Source: a candidate division FCPU426 bacterium
GTDB taxonomy: Bacteria; Oederibacteriota; Muellerivitia; Muellerivitales; Muellerivitaceae
Length of the DNA: 64,000 nt
Reading direction: 5' to 3'
Assembly: GCA_963719085.1 (NCBI GenBank)
Contig: CAVRAL010000001.1
Span: forward strand, 1,120,001-1,184,000
This document shows positions 53,793-63,387 of this stretch, one piece after another. The notes beneath the pieces were generated by a model. The model was not told the origin of the DNA. It was given only the letters and a program-made list of their open reading frames with translations, and ran no database searches. Each line of letters begins with the position of its first letter. Positions within the stretch are counted from its first letter, which is position 1. The position numbers were made by a program, and so were the translations under genes.

Positions 53793-54368
53793 TCACTGCC
53801 CCGCTGGAGTGGAAACCGCCGCCGGCAAGGGAGTCATTTGACTTTGAAGTTGGGCGATATGGGCCTGGGTGTCTTGAATATCCTGGGTTTCCTCGGCGGC
53901 GCTTAACAGCTGCTGCTGGGCGTTCAGCCGGTATTGAGCCTGCTGCCAAAGATCGTAAGCCAATTTTCTTTTCTCCACCGCCAGCTCAAATTCCAGCTGA
54001 GCCTCATCTTTATGCTGGGCCATCTTCTTTTTCCAATCCTTCTTGGCCGCCGCCCAACGCTTATAAGCCCTTTGGGCGCGCTGGCTATAGAGGGTGGATT
54101 CCAATCGGCTTCGATCCCAGGCGTCTTTTAGTTTTTGGACTTCGTCCTGGGCTTTTTGGACCTGATCCGCGGCCTGGGTAAGCTTGGTATCCGGCGCGGC
54201 CACAGGCGTCTGCGCAAAAACGACATCCCCGCCAACAAAAACGACGCACGCCAAGACGCCAAGACGCAAAGTTTTTAAAAAAAAGTTTTTGTTTTTTTTA
54301 TGCAACAAAAGATTTAGCCGTTCTTGGCGTCTTAGCGTCTTTGCGTGAGCAGTTTGTTTTGGTTTCAT
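53793..54368 (-). CDS. Hypothetical exported coiled-coil protein
   Basis: ATGA overlap with the ligA stop, hydrophobic segment ending VFAQ, Gln/Ala/Lys coiled coil; 5' part is built on a family A repeat. Confidence 0.7.
   Translation of the reverse strand: MKPKQTAHAKTLRRQERLNLLLHKKNKNFFLKTLRLGVLACVVFVGGDVVFAQTPVAAPDTKLTQAADQVQKAQDEVQKLKDAWDRSRLESTLYSQRAQRAYKRWAAAKKDWKKKMAQHKDEAQLEFELAVEKRKLAYDLWQQAQYRLNAQQQLLSAAEETQDIQDTQAHIAQLQSQMTPLPAAVSTPAGQ
54246..54350. repeat. Family A inverted-repeat element inside the 5' end of a CDS
   Basis: GCACGCCAAGACGCCAAGACGCAAAG ... CTTGGCGTCTTAGCGTCTTTGCGTGAGC. Confidence 0.85.
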
Positions 54369-56389
54369 TTTTTGTATTTCTTTACCATTTTTTCGAATTC
54401 GTCCTCGTTCAACACTTCCACGCCCAGTTCCTTGGCCTTTTTCAATTTCGACCCCGCCGCCTCACCGGCCACCACATAAGTCGTCAGCTTCGAAACCGAT
54501 CCCGCCGCTTTGGCCCCCAGCTTTTTCACCAAATCCTCGGCTTCTTTACGGCCATAAGTTTTAAGCTCCCCGGTAAACACGAAGGTCTTGCCCTCAAAGG
54601 GTTGCTCGCCCGAAGGCTCTTCCGCTTTGAGGCGTTTAAGGTTCACGCCGTTCTTCTCGAGTTTTTTAAGGATTTTGACGTTGGCCGGGTTGGCGAAAAA
54701 AGAAACGATCGAATGCGCCACCACGGGCCCGATGCCATCAATCGCGGTCAGGGTTTCCTCGTCGGTCTCACCGACTTCCCAAAGATTTTTGTGTTTCGCG
54801 GCCAATATCTCGGCCACATGCACGCCCACATGGCGGATCCCCAAGCCAAACAATAAACGCCCCAGCGTCCGGCGCCGGCTTTCGTCGATCTGGACGATCA
54901 AGTTCTGGGCCGATTTTTCCGCCTTGCGTTCCAAATCCGCCACGTCTTTTTCGGTTAAGGCGTAAAGGTCGGCGTAGTCTTTTATCAATTTTTCCGCCAA
55001 AAGCTGTTTCACCACCGCCGGGCCCGCGCCTCGGATATCCAAGGCGTCCCGGCCGCAAAAATGCTCGATCCGGCGTTCCACTTGGGCCTCGCAGGCCGCG
55101 TTTTCACAACGCCAAGCCGCCTCGTCTTCTTCCCGCTCAAGCTTGGAGCCGCAAACCGGGCAAGTCGAGGGCATTTTAAAAGGCTTCTCGTTACCTTTTC
55201 TTTTCTCCGGAAAAGATTTCAAAACCTTCGGAATGACCAAGCCGCCCTTTTCCACCAGCACCCGGTCGCCGACCCGGAGGTCTTTGCGCTTGATCTCATC
55301 CTCGTTATGGAGGGTCGCCCGGGAAACCGTGGTGCCTTCCAGCGAAACCGGCTCCAGCTCCGCCACGGGCGTGATGGCCCCCGTGCGCCCGACTTGAAGG
55401 GTGATGGCCTTGAGCGTCGTCTCGGCCTTTTGGGCGGCGAACTTAAAGGCGATGGCCCAGCGGGGAATTTTGGTGGTCTCGCCCAGCTTTTCGCGCTGGT
55501 CAAAACGGTTGATCTTGAGGACGACGCCGTCGCAGTCAAACCCGATCTTGTCCCGTTTGGCTTGGGTTTCCTCGCAATACGCATGCACCTCGTCGATGGT
55601 TTTACAGAGGCGGAAATGCTTGTCCTCAGGAAAACCCATTTTGCCCAGCCATTCCAGACTTTCTTTTTGGGTGGTGAAAGGCAGTTTTCCCGGGGACAAA
55701 ACGTAGTAAAGAAGAATATGCAGGGGCTTTTTGGCGGATTCTTTGGGATCGATCGTCTTCAAAGTTCCGGAAGCCGTATTGCGGGGATTGGCGAAAAGCT
55801 CCAAACCCATTTCTTCCCGGGCCGCGTTGACCGCTTCGAAATCCTTACGGGTGAAAAAAACCTCACCCCGGATTTCCACCCGGTCCGGAATCCCAGCGCC
55901 CTTGAGCTTGGCCGGGAGCCCCGGAATATTGCCGACGTTCTCCAAAACGTCATCACCCTTTTCCCCGTCACCCCGGGTCAAGGCCTGGACCAGAACCCCT
56001 TTTTCATAAATGAGCTCGATGCTGACGCCGTCGATCTTCAGTTCGCAGACATACTCGTGTTTTTCACCCTCCAGGCCCTTGGCGACCCTCTCATCAAATT
56101 CCTTCAGCTCTTCCAACGAATAGGTGTTGTCCAGCGAAAGCATGGGCACCCGATGGGGCCGGGTCTTGAAATGCTTGTTCGTGCTTCCCCCGATTTTTTG
56201 GGTGGGCGAATCGGCGCTTTTAAATTCAGGGTAGGTTTCTTCCAGGTCCTTGAGTTCTTTGAGCAGCTTGTCGAACTCAAAGTCGGAAATTTCGGGCTTG
56301 GCCTGGTCGTAATAAAGCTGGTTATGGCGCTCGATCTCAGCGCGCAGGTCTTGGATCTTTTTTTTAATTTGCTTGGGGGAAAGGAACAT
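54365..56389 (-). CDS. ligA: NAD-dependent DNA ligase
   Basis: ELKIDG, TRGDG, EIRGE, ANPRN, PRWAIAFKF, Zn finger, BRCT. Confidence 0.99.
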   Translation of the reverse strand: MFLSPKQIKKKIQDLRAEIERHNQLYYDQAKPEISDFEFDKLLKELKDLEETYPEFKSADSPTQKIGGSTNKHFKTRPHRVPMLSLDNTYSLEELKEFDERVAKGLEGEKHEYVCELKIDGVSIELIYEKGVLVQALTRGDGEKGDDVLENVGNIPGLPAKLKGAGIPDRVEIRGEVFFTRKDFEAVNAAREEMGLELFANPRNTASGTLKTIDPKESAKKPLHILLYYVLSPGKLPFTTQKESLEWLGKMGFPEDKHFRLCKTIDEVHAYCEETQAKRDKIGFDCDGVVLKINRFDQREKLGETTKIPRWAIAFKFAAQKAETTLKAITLQVGRTGAITPVAELEPVSLEGTTVSRATLHNEDEIKRKDLRVGDRVLVEKGGLVIPKVLKSFPEKRKGNEKPFKMPSTCPVCGSKLEREEDEAAWRCENAACEAQVERRIEHFCGRDALDIRGAGPAVVKQLLAEKLIKDYADLYALTEKDVADLERKAEKSAQNLIVQIDESRRRTLGRLLFGLGIRHVGVHVAEILAAKHKNLWEVGETDEETLTAIDGIGPVVAHSIVSFFANPANVKILKKLEKNGVNLKRLKAEEPSGEQPFEGKTFVFTGELKTYGRKEAEDLVKKLGAKAAGSVSKLTTYVVAGEAAGSKLKKAKELGVEVLNEDEFEKMVKKYKK

Positions 56390-57120
56390 TATTTACCTGT
56401 CTTGAGCCGTTGAGCGAGGTAATCGGGCAGTCCGGCGTCGAGAGTCTTTTTCATCGTGGCCTCAAAATCATAATCCAACCGGCGGATCGATAGCTTGGAA
56501 GCGTCCGTATCATAAATCACAAAAGACGTCCGTGGATTCCCGTCCCGCGGCTGGCCCACACTGCCCACATTCACCAGGTAACGACAATGGGGCTTCAAGA
56601 CGTAATCGGCTTCCGGAAGAATCCAAATGGCTCCGCTGGGTTCCCTTTCGGCGATGAAGGGCTTATGCACATGGCCAAAGAAGCAGATTTTCCCCGGGAA
56701 GTGGCGGAAGTTTCTTTCCAAATCCTCGGGCTGGGTGAGGTAGTGCCATTCTTCCGGCTCATGGGGCGAGGAATGCACCAAATCGATGTCGCCGATTTCT
56801 TCCCGCATCCTCAAAGAACTTAAAAAAGCGTAATGCCTGGGGGCGAGTCGTTCCCGGGTCCAGAGGATCGCTTGGGCGGCCGGCTCGTTGAAACGGCTTA
56901 AGGGCGTTTGGCCCAGGCAGGCCGCGTCGTGATTGCCCATCAAAATTTTCCAACAGTTCATCGAGTGGATGAGGTCCAACACTTCCACCGGATTGGCGTA
57001 ATAGCCCACCAGGTCGCCCAGGCAAAGGGATTGCCCGACGCCTTCTTTTTTAAAAGCGTTCGCCACCACCGTCATGGCTTCCAGGTTGCTATGGACATCG
57101 GAAAATAGGCCGTATCGCAT
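56389..57120 (-). CDS. Calcineurin-like metallophosphoesterase
   Basis: SDVHSN, LGDLVGY, GNHD, GHVH, NVGSVGQPRDG. Confidence 0.92.
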   Translation of the reverse strand: MRYGLFSDVHSNLEAMTVVANAFKKEGVGQSLCLGDLVGYYANPVEVLDLIHSMNCWKILMGNHDAACLGQTPLSRFNEPAAQAILWTRERLAPRHYAFLSSLRMREEIGDIDLVHSSPHEPEEWHYLTQPEDLERNFRHFPGKICFFGHVHKPFIAEREPSGAIWILPEADYVLKPHCRYLVNVGSVGQPRDGNPRTSFVIYDTDASKLSIRRLDYDFEATMKKTLDAGLPDYLAQRLKTGK

Positions 57121-57238
57121 GGGGCATTCTACCTAAGGGCCTAAGAGACTAGAAGCTGTTTCAAAACCCAAAAACAGGACCATTTTCGCCGCACACGCCC
57201 AAGGGCGGCCCCATTACCGAACCATCAATGTCGGGGCA

Positions 57239-57328
57239 GACGCCAAGTCACCAAGAAAATAAAAACTATTACGGTAAATTCTTAGAAGACAAACGCCTTC
57301 CTTGGAGTCTTGGTGCCTTGGTGGTGAA
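57239..57328. repeat. Degenerate family A-like inverted-repeat element
   Basis: GACGCCAAGTCACCAAG ... CTTGGAGTCTTGGTGCCTTGGTGGTGA. Confidence 0.6.
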
Positions 57329-57370
57329 GAAGGTTTTGAACCTCTTTTGCCGACCTCGTAAAAAGCGTTT

Positions 57371-57721
57371 TTACCGGACTTTTTTTTGCAAAAGATAGCT
57401 GAGGATTTTGAGGCGGTTTTCCTGCTGGTCATTGTAAGCCGAGAAGCTTTTAAAGGCCGCGAACTCGGGACAGGCCGGGTTCAACCGAAAGGCCAATTCC
57501 CCATCCACCCTCTTCTGGCCGGACAAAAGCTTCATTTCCGCTAATTTTTTCAGGGGAACCACCACTTCTTTTTCCGTACGGCCCAAAATCTGGGAAATCT
57601 GCTGAAGGCTGACCGGCTCATCGCCTTTTTTGGCAAAGAAGATCAACAAGTCCCAAGTGATGAAGGCATCAATGAACTCGTCGATAAACTTCAATATTTC
57701 CGCCGGCATATCAATCGTCAC
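57371..57721 (-). CDS. Hypothetical protein (possible winged helix)
   Basis: 116-aa ORF with GGAG RBS; helical pattern FIDEFIDAFITWDLLIFF..ISQILGR. Confidence 0.65.
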   Translation of the reverse strand: MTIDMPAEILKFIDEFIDAFITWDLLIFFAKKGDEPVSLQQISQILGRTEKEVVVPLKKLAEMKLLSGQKRVDGELAFRLNPACPEFAAFKSFSAYNDQQENRLKILSYLLQKKVR

Positions 57722-57812
57722 AACTTACTCCATAAGTTCCACAACCGATAGCGCCCCGGGAGGGCTGGTTAATCTTCATGATTCAAGCGGCATCCAGCGA
57801 CGCTGGATTTAA

Positions 57813-58214
57813 TTAATTTTTCCGCTCGAGTTTATCCAGGATACCATTCACAAACTTGCTGGAATCGTCCGTGCTGAAGCGCTTCACGATCTCGATGGCC
57901 TCATTGATCGCCACCGACCTTGGCACTTCCGCATCATAAAGTATTTCAAAGGTGGCGAGGCGAAGAATGTTCCGGTCCACCGCCGCCATCCGGGCCAAAT
58001 CCCAATTTTCGGCCAAAGCCCGCAATTGGCGGTCAATATCGGCCAATTTATCCCAAGTATTGCGGGTCATTTGAAGTGCCAAAATTTTGGCACCTTCCGG
58101 GGCGCTGGCTTGGGGCAGAAAATTTTCCTCTAAATCCTTTAACCGAACCGTGCCCAAATCCATTTGAAACAGCATTTGGAGCGCCAATTCCCGAGCCCGT
58201 CGTTTCAGTCCCAT
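57813..58214 (-). CDS. nusB: Transcription antitermination factor NusB
   Basis: RRARELALQMLFQ, VDRNILRL, VAINEAIE, KFVNGILD; start ATG 58214 or slightly upstream. Confidence 0.96.
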   Translation of the reverse strand: MGLKRRARELALQMLFQMDLGTVRLKDLEENFLPQASAPEGAKILALQMTRNTWDKLADIDRQLRALAENWDLARMAAVDRNILRLATFEILYDAEVPRSVAINEAIEIVKRFSTDDSSKFVNGILDKLERKN

Positions 58215-58283
58215 GCCCAACCTTTTCACGAATTTCCAACCAAAGGCCCACCAAGCTACACAAAAGGGGGGCCAAACTCAAAG

Positions 58284-58754
58284 TTATTTTATTTGTTCCA
58301 GGGCCGATAACGTTTCAAGAAGGTGCAGGGCCGCCTCGGCGCCCTTGTTATTTGTGGATTCGCCCGCCCGGGCCAAGGCCTGGTCCAGGTTTTCAGTGGT
58401 CAGGACGCCGAACGAAACCGGGCAACCCGTCGCTTCCGTCAACCGGGTCAGGGACGCCGAAACTTCCCGCGCGATATATTCGTGATGGGTGGTTTCCCCT
58501 TGGATAACCGTGCCCAGCGCGATGGCCGCGTCAAAGCGGCCCGTCTTAAGCAGTTTGGCGGCCGCCACCGGAAGTTCCCAAGCGCCCGGCACCCAAACAA
58601 TTTCAATATCCTTTTCCAATGTCCCGTGAAAGGTAAGCGTCTCCACAGCCCCGGCCACCAACCGGCGGCCGATCAAATCATTGAAACGGCTGGCCACGAT
58701 TGCCACCCGGCGTCCCTTCCCTTCGGTTTTGCCCTCAATTGTTTTAGGCGGCAT
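58284..58754 (-). CDS. ribH: 6,7-dimethyl-8-ribityllumazine synthase
   Basis: SRFN, VPGAWELP, LGTVIQGETTH, FGVLTT, NKGAEAA. Confidence 0.97.
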   Translation of the reverse strand: MPPKTIEGKTEGKGRRVAIVASRFNDLIGRRLVAGAVETLTFHGTLEKDIEIVWVPGAWELPVAAAKLLKTGRFDAAIALGTVIQGETTHHEYIAREVSASLTRLTEATGCPVSFGVLTTENLDQALARAGESTNNKGAEAALHLLETLSALEQIK

Positions 58755-58760
58755 GGTTTC

Positions 58761-59978
58761 TCATTTTGTCGGCGGCTCCTGGGTTAATTTCAAAACATGT
58801 CCCATCTTTACCCGCTTGGTATCCAAGTACTTGGCGTTCACCGCGTTGGGCGCGATCTCAATGGGCACCTGCTCAACGACTTTCAAACCATAGCCTTCCA
58901 GACCGACGATCTTTTTGGGATTGTTTGTCAAAAGCCTTAGTTCTTTTACGCCCAAGTCGACCAGAATCTGGGCGCCGATCCCATAATCCCGAAGGTCGGC
59001 GCCGAAACCCAATTTCTCGTTGGCTTCCACGGTGTCATAACCCTGGTCTTGAAGCTGATAGGCTTTCAATTTATTGAGCAGGCCGATTCCACGGCCTTCC
59101 TGGCGCATATAGAGAATCAGCCCGTTGCCTTCCCTCTGGATTTGACGCATGGCGGTGTGAAGTTGTTCCCCACAATCGCATCTCCGGGAGCCAAAAACGT
59201 CGCCCGTGAGGCATTCGGAATGGACCCTGACCAATACCGGCCCGGGACCGATCTCGCCCTTCAACAAGGCCAAACTATCGTCATCCTCGGTTTCGGTCCG
59301 GTAAAGGATGACTTTCCACTCACCCGTGTCGGTTTGAAGGTTGAGTTCCAGCGCGCGTTTAACCAGCTTGTCATGCTGCCGGCGATAGTGGATGAGCTCG
59401 GCGATGGTGATGATTTGAAGCGAGTGTTTTTTGGCGAAAATCTCAAGATCCGGCACACGGGCCATGCTTCCATCGTCCTTCAAAATTTCGCAGATGACGC
59501 CCGCGGGTTTGAGCCCCGCCAAGACGGCCAAGTCCACCGTAGCTTCGGTATGGCCCGCGCGGCGCAGGACGCCGCCGGAGCGGTACTTCAGCGGGAAAAT
59601 ATGCCCCGGCTTCACCAAATCAGAAGGCCCGGACTTCGGATCCACCATCATTTGAATCGTGCGCGCCCGGTCTTGCGCCGAGATGCCCGTGGTCACCCCG
59701 GTCTTGGCGTCCACCGAAACCGCGAAGGCGGTGCGGAACTGGTCTTGCTGCTCGGTGACCATCAGCGAAAGTCCCAGCCGGTCCAGGTCCGCGCCCAGCA
59801 TGGGCACGCAAATGAGCCCCCGGCCTTCCTTGGCCATAAAGTTGACGGATTCGGGCGTGGCCTTTTCAGCGGCCATGACTAAGTCGCCCTCGTTCTCGCG
59901 GTTCTCGTCATCGACCACCACCACCATCTTGCCTTGGCGGATATCGTCGATCGCTTTTTGTACCCGGTCAAATTCCAT
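58761..59978 (-). CDS. ribBA: Bifunctional DHBP synthase / GTP cyclohydrolase II
   Basis: [51 protein letters not shown]. Confidence 0.98.
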   Translation of the reverse strand: MEFDRVQKAIDDIRQGKMVVVVDDENRENEGDLVMAAEKATPESVNFMAKEGRGLICVPMLGADLDRLGLSLMVTEQQDQFRTAFAVSVDAKTGVTTGISAQDRARTIQMMVDPKSGPSDLVKPGHIFPLKYRSGGVLRRAGHTEATVDLAVLAGLKPAGVICEILKDDGSMARVPDLEIFAKKHSLQIITIAELIHYRRQHDKLVKRALELNLQTDTGEWKVILYRTETEDDDSLALLKGEIGPGPVLVRVHSECLTGDVFGSRRCDCGEQLHTAMRQIQREGNGLILYMRQEGRGIGLLNKLKAYQLQDQGYDTVEANEKLGFGADLRDYGIGAQILVDLGVKELRLLTNNPKKIVGLEGYGLKVVEQVPIEIAPNAVNAKYLDTKRVKMGHVLKLTQEPPTK

Positions 59979-60002
59979 GTTTATTCCGTCCCTTAAAACC
60001 TA

Positions 60003-60108
60003 TTTCACCGCCAAGACGCCAAGTTCGCCGAGAAAATCATTTTCAATCCTAAAAAACTCAACATTTTGCCTCGCCTCACTTGGCGAACTTGGCGTCTTGG
60101 CGGTGAAA
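60003..60108. repeat. Family A variant inverted-repeat element
   Basis: TTTCACCGCCAAGACGCCAAGTTCGCC ... GGCGAACTTGGCGTCTTGGCGGTGAAA. Confidence 0.85.
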
Positions 60109-60192
60109 AAATTTACGCTTTCTCTGATAAGTCCCCGAACCCTTCGGGATTCGGGGATAAGTAAATCATCCATTACTTTTTCGTGGATTGAT

Positions 60193-60624
60193 TTACAAAT
60201 AAAAATCCATCAAAAGGCCCCGGACTTCATTGAGGGCGGCCACGACTTTCATGGGTGATTGCTGGCCGGCCACCAAAAGCTGGGCCAAGTTTTCCAGGGC
60301 CTCATCCACCTTTTCCACCGTCAGGTAGACCACGAATTTCCCGTCTTTCTTCTGAGACTGTTTTTCCTCAACCTTAAAGGAACTTTGAACGGCTTTTTTG
60401 ACGAACTTTTTAACCGAGTCTTTATAGTCCTCGAAATCCTTATGACCCTTGGACGAAAGCAGCTTTTTACCCTTTTCCTCAATCTCAACAATAAGGGACA
60501 TCATCTGGCTTCTCAAGGCCGGGTCCGAGACTTTTGAGATACGATCATTCAGGGCCGGCGAAAAAAGGGCTTTCAGGGGGTCGGTTTTTAAAGGATCGTT
60601 GTCCCCCAGTTTTTCGATCTTCAT
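60193..60624 (-). CDS. YaaR/DUF327 family protein
   Basis: IEEKGKKL..YKDSVKKFVKKAV..VEKVDEALENL..EVRGLLMDFYL. Confidence 0.8.
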   Translation of the reverse strand: MKIEKLGDNDPLKTDPLKALFSPALNDRISKVSDPALRSQMMSLIVEIEEKGKKLLSSKGHKDFEDYKDSVKKFVKKAVQSSFKVEEKQSQKKDGKFVVYLTVEKVDEALENLAQLLVAGQQSPMKVVAALNEVRGLLMDFYL

Positions 60625-60625
60625 C

Positions 60626-61234
60626 TCAGGACCCCTGCTTCTTCATATAAGGAGTGGATAACTTCTCCAAGTATTTGGCCAATAAATCCACCTCCACTTG
60701 AACACGGTCCCCGACCCGCTTCCATTTAAAAACCGTGTTTTCCACCGTGTGGGGAATCAAAGCGATTTCAACATCCGCGTCCTTCAAGGCCGCCACCGTC
60801 AGGCTGGTTCCATCCAAGGCGATACTGCCCTTTTCTACCACATAAACCTTGAGGGCTTCGGGCAGGCGGACCGTCAACCTTAGTCCCGCGCCCTCGGGTT
60901 TCTTCTCGATGATTTCCGCCGTGCCGTCCACATGGCCTTGGACAAAATGGCCGCCCAAGGGCTGGGAAAGGGTCAAGGCCAGCTCCAAATTCACCGGGTC
61001 CCCCGGTTTGAGGCCGCCCATCAAAGTCCGGCTCAAAGTCTCCGGCACCGCTTGAAATGAAAAATAAGGAGGTTTTAAGTCCATCACCGTCAGGCAGCAG
61101 CCATTCACCGCCACGCTGTCGCCAAGCTTCACTTGGCGCGACAGACTGGGCGCTTCCAGCGTGAGGAGCAAATCCGCGCCTTGTTTTTCCGCCGCCTTCA
61201 CTTTTCCTAATTCTTGAATGAGTCCCGTGAACAC
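60626..61234 (-). CDS. ribE: Riboflavin synthase
   Basis: MFTGLI, GDSVAVNGCCLTV, GGHFVQGHVD, KGSIALDGTSLTV, LIPHT. Confidence 0.97.
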   Translation of the reverse strand: MFTGLIQELGKVKAAEKQGADLLLTLEAPSLSRQVKLGDSVAVNGCCLTVMDLKPPYFSFQAVPETLSRTLMGGLKPGDPVNLELALTLSQPLGGHFVQGHVDGTAEIIEKKPEGAGLRLTVRLPEALKVYVVEKGSIALDGTSLTVAALKDADVEIALIPHTVENTVFKWKRVGDRVQVEVDLLAKYLEKLSTPYMKKQGS

Positions 61235-62335
61235 TTAGTACCGGACCTTTCCTGTAATCAAATAATCATCGCCCAGGGGCTCCACCCGGGTTTGGATGAG
61301 CCGGGGAGCGTGGTTGGGATCGGGAAAACCCCGCCCGCCGATCCAGCCGGGGGCCGCGCCGCCGAAAAGCTTGGGAGACAAAAACAAAGCCACTTCATCC
61401 GCCAAGCGCTGGTCGATAAAGGACCCGTGAACACCCGCGCCGCCTTCCACCATCAGGGACCGGACCCCTTGCTGATGTAATCGACTCAAAACTTCCCTTA
61501 AAGATAACCGATTTTTCGACGCGGACACCCGGAAAACCAAAACACCCCGGCGCTTCAGCCGCCGCTCCGCCGCGGCCCCGGCCCGGGATGAGCAAAAGAC
61601 CAGCGTTTTTTGGGGCCCCTTGAACAAGGGGGATTTCGGGGAAACCCGAAGCCTGGAATCCAAAAGAACTTTCAGCGGCCATCCGTCCGAGCGTCCATGC
61701 CCGTCCAAGCGCACCGTAAGCCGGGGCTTATCCTTCAACGCGGTCCCGCTTCCGATTAAGACCGCGTCCACCTGGGAACGCAATTCGTTATTTTTCCGCC
61801 GTGCTTTTTCGCCCGTGATCCATTTCGACCGGCCGGTGGCGGTGGCTAATTTCCCGTCCAAACTGGCCGCCGCTTTCAAGAGTACCTTTGGACGGCCGTG
61901 AGCCTGGCTAAAGATAAAATCCGCGTTCAATTCCCGCGCTTCTTTTTCCAGCAATCCGTTGCGGACCAAAATCTCGGCGGCTTTTAAACGGGCAAAACCC
62001 CGGCCGCTCACCAAGGGATTGGGGTCCTTCATGGCCGCGACGACTCTTTTCACGCCGGCGGCGATGATCGCGTCCGTGCAAGGCGGCGTCTTGCCCTGAT
62101 GAGCATGAGGCTCCAAGGTGACATAAAGCGTGGCGCCCTTGGCCCGGGAACCTGCCCGCTTCAGGGCATTGATCTCGGCGTGGGCATGGCCGAAGCGCTC
62201 ATGAGCGCCTTCACCGACCATTTTTCCGCCCTTAACGAGAACCGCGCCGACCTTGGGATTAGGCGAAGCGAAGCGGCCTTTTTGGGCGGCGAGCCGAAGC
62301 GCCCTTTTCATCCATTTCGTTTCGGAAACCGCCAT
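61235..62335 (-). CDS. ribD: Bifunctional pyrimidine deaminase/reductase
   Basis: PNPKVGAV, HAEINAL, TLEP..GKTPPC, SLDGK, SKWIT, VEGG; start placed at ATG 62335. Confidence 0.97.
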   Translation of the reverse strand: MAVSETKWMKRALRLAAQKGRFASPNPKVGAVLVKGGKMVGEGAHERFGHAHAEINALKRAGSRAKGATLYVTLEPHAHQGKTPPCTDAIIAAGVKRVVAAMKDPNPLVSGRGFARLKAAEILVRNGLLEKEARELNADFIFSQAHGRPKVLLKAAASLDGKLATATGRSKWITGEKARRKNNELRSQVDAVLIGSGTALKDKPRLTVRLDGHGRSDGWPLKVLLDSRLRVSPKSPLFKGPQKTLVFCSSRAGAAAERRLKRRGVLVFRVSASKNRLSLREVLSRLHQQGVRSLMVEGGAGVHGSFIDQRLADEVALFLSPKLFGGAAPGWIGGRGFPDPNHAPRLIQTRVEPLGDDYLITGKVRY

Positions 62336-62773
62336 ACTCAGGTCCTCAAATCTTAAGATCATTTTTTACAGTGATAAACGCGGATGCACGCGGATGAAAC
62401 CTGAATTAAATATCCCGTTTTTAAAAACCTTTATCAGCGTCCGGCTCTTTGCCGAGGGGGTATTAGTATGCACGCCTTCGACGGTCCAATCAACCCGGTC
62501 CGGAGTATCGACCGGATGCGTGCAAACTGGGAAAAAGGCCGCTCCTTGGAACTTCATTTTTTATCAGCGTTCGCGCCGCTCTTCATTTAAGACTCTAAAG
62601 AGAGCGGCATTGTCCCATATTCATCCAAGCATTCGAACGGCGGTATATGGGGCATCTAGGTTTATCCATGTTCCATAGATTTAAACCGATGTTCTTAGTC
62701 CTTTTCAAAAGCCCCGCCAGCGGATAAAATCACCATTCGATTTTCAACCTGACCGCTCGAAAAGGGGTACAAA

Positions 62774-63382
62774 ATGCCGACTTTAGTTCTGGTGCGCCAT
62801 GGCCAATCCCAATGGAACTTGGAAAACCGCTTCACCGGATGGGTCGACGTTCCCTTGACGGAGTTGGGCGAACAGGAAGCCCATCGCGCGGGCAAAAACT
62901 TGAAGGGCATGAAATTTGACATCGCCTTCACTTCCGAGTTGCAACGGGCCCAAAAAACCTTAGCCGTTATTTTAGGCGAAACCGGCCAAACCGGCCTTTC
63001 CATCATCAAGGACAAAGCCCTCAATGAACGCCATTACGGCGATCTGCAAGGCCTGGACAAAGGCGAAACCGCCAAGAAATACGGCGATGAGCAGGTCAAA
63101 ATTTGGCGCCGCAGCTACGATGTGCCCCCGCCCAACGGTGAATCCTTAAAGGATACCGCCGCCCGGACCATTCCTTATTTCGAGGACAAGATCGTCCCCT
63201 ATTTAAAAGAAGGAAAAAACGTGATCGTGGCCGCCCACGGAAATTCCCTGCGCTCCATCGTGATGCACCTGGAGCATTTGACGAAGGAACAAGTGCTGGA
63301 ACTCAACCTGGAAACCGCCGTTCCCCGAGTCTATGAATTGGACTCCAACTTGAAAATTCTATCGTCCAAAGACTTGAAATAA
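62774..63382 (+). CDS. gpmA: 2,3-bisphosphoglycerate-dependent phosphoglycerate mutase
   Basis: [41 protein letters not shown]. Confidence 0.97.
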   Translation: MPTLVLVRHGQSQWNLENRFTGWVDVPLTELGEQEAHRAGKNLKGMKFDIAFTSELQRAQKTLAVILGETGQTGLSIIKDKALNERHYGDLQGLDKGETAKKYGDEQVKIWRRSYDVPPPNGESLKDTAARTIPYFEDKIVPYLKEGKNVIVAAHGNSLRSIVMHLEHLTKEQVLELNLETAVPRVYELDSNLKILSSKDLK

Positions 63383-63387
63383 ACCCC

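Noticed and set aside
62363..62773. FMN riboswitch upstream of ribD
   Set aside because: The conserved AGGGC.GGGTGAAA.TCCC.ACCGGCGGT core is not present on either strand.
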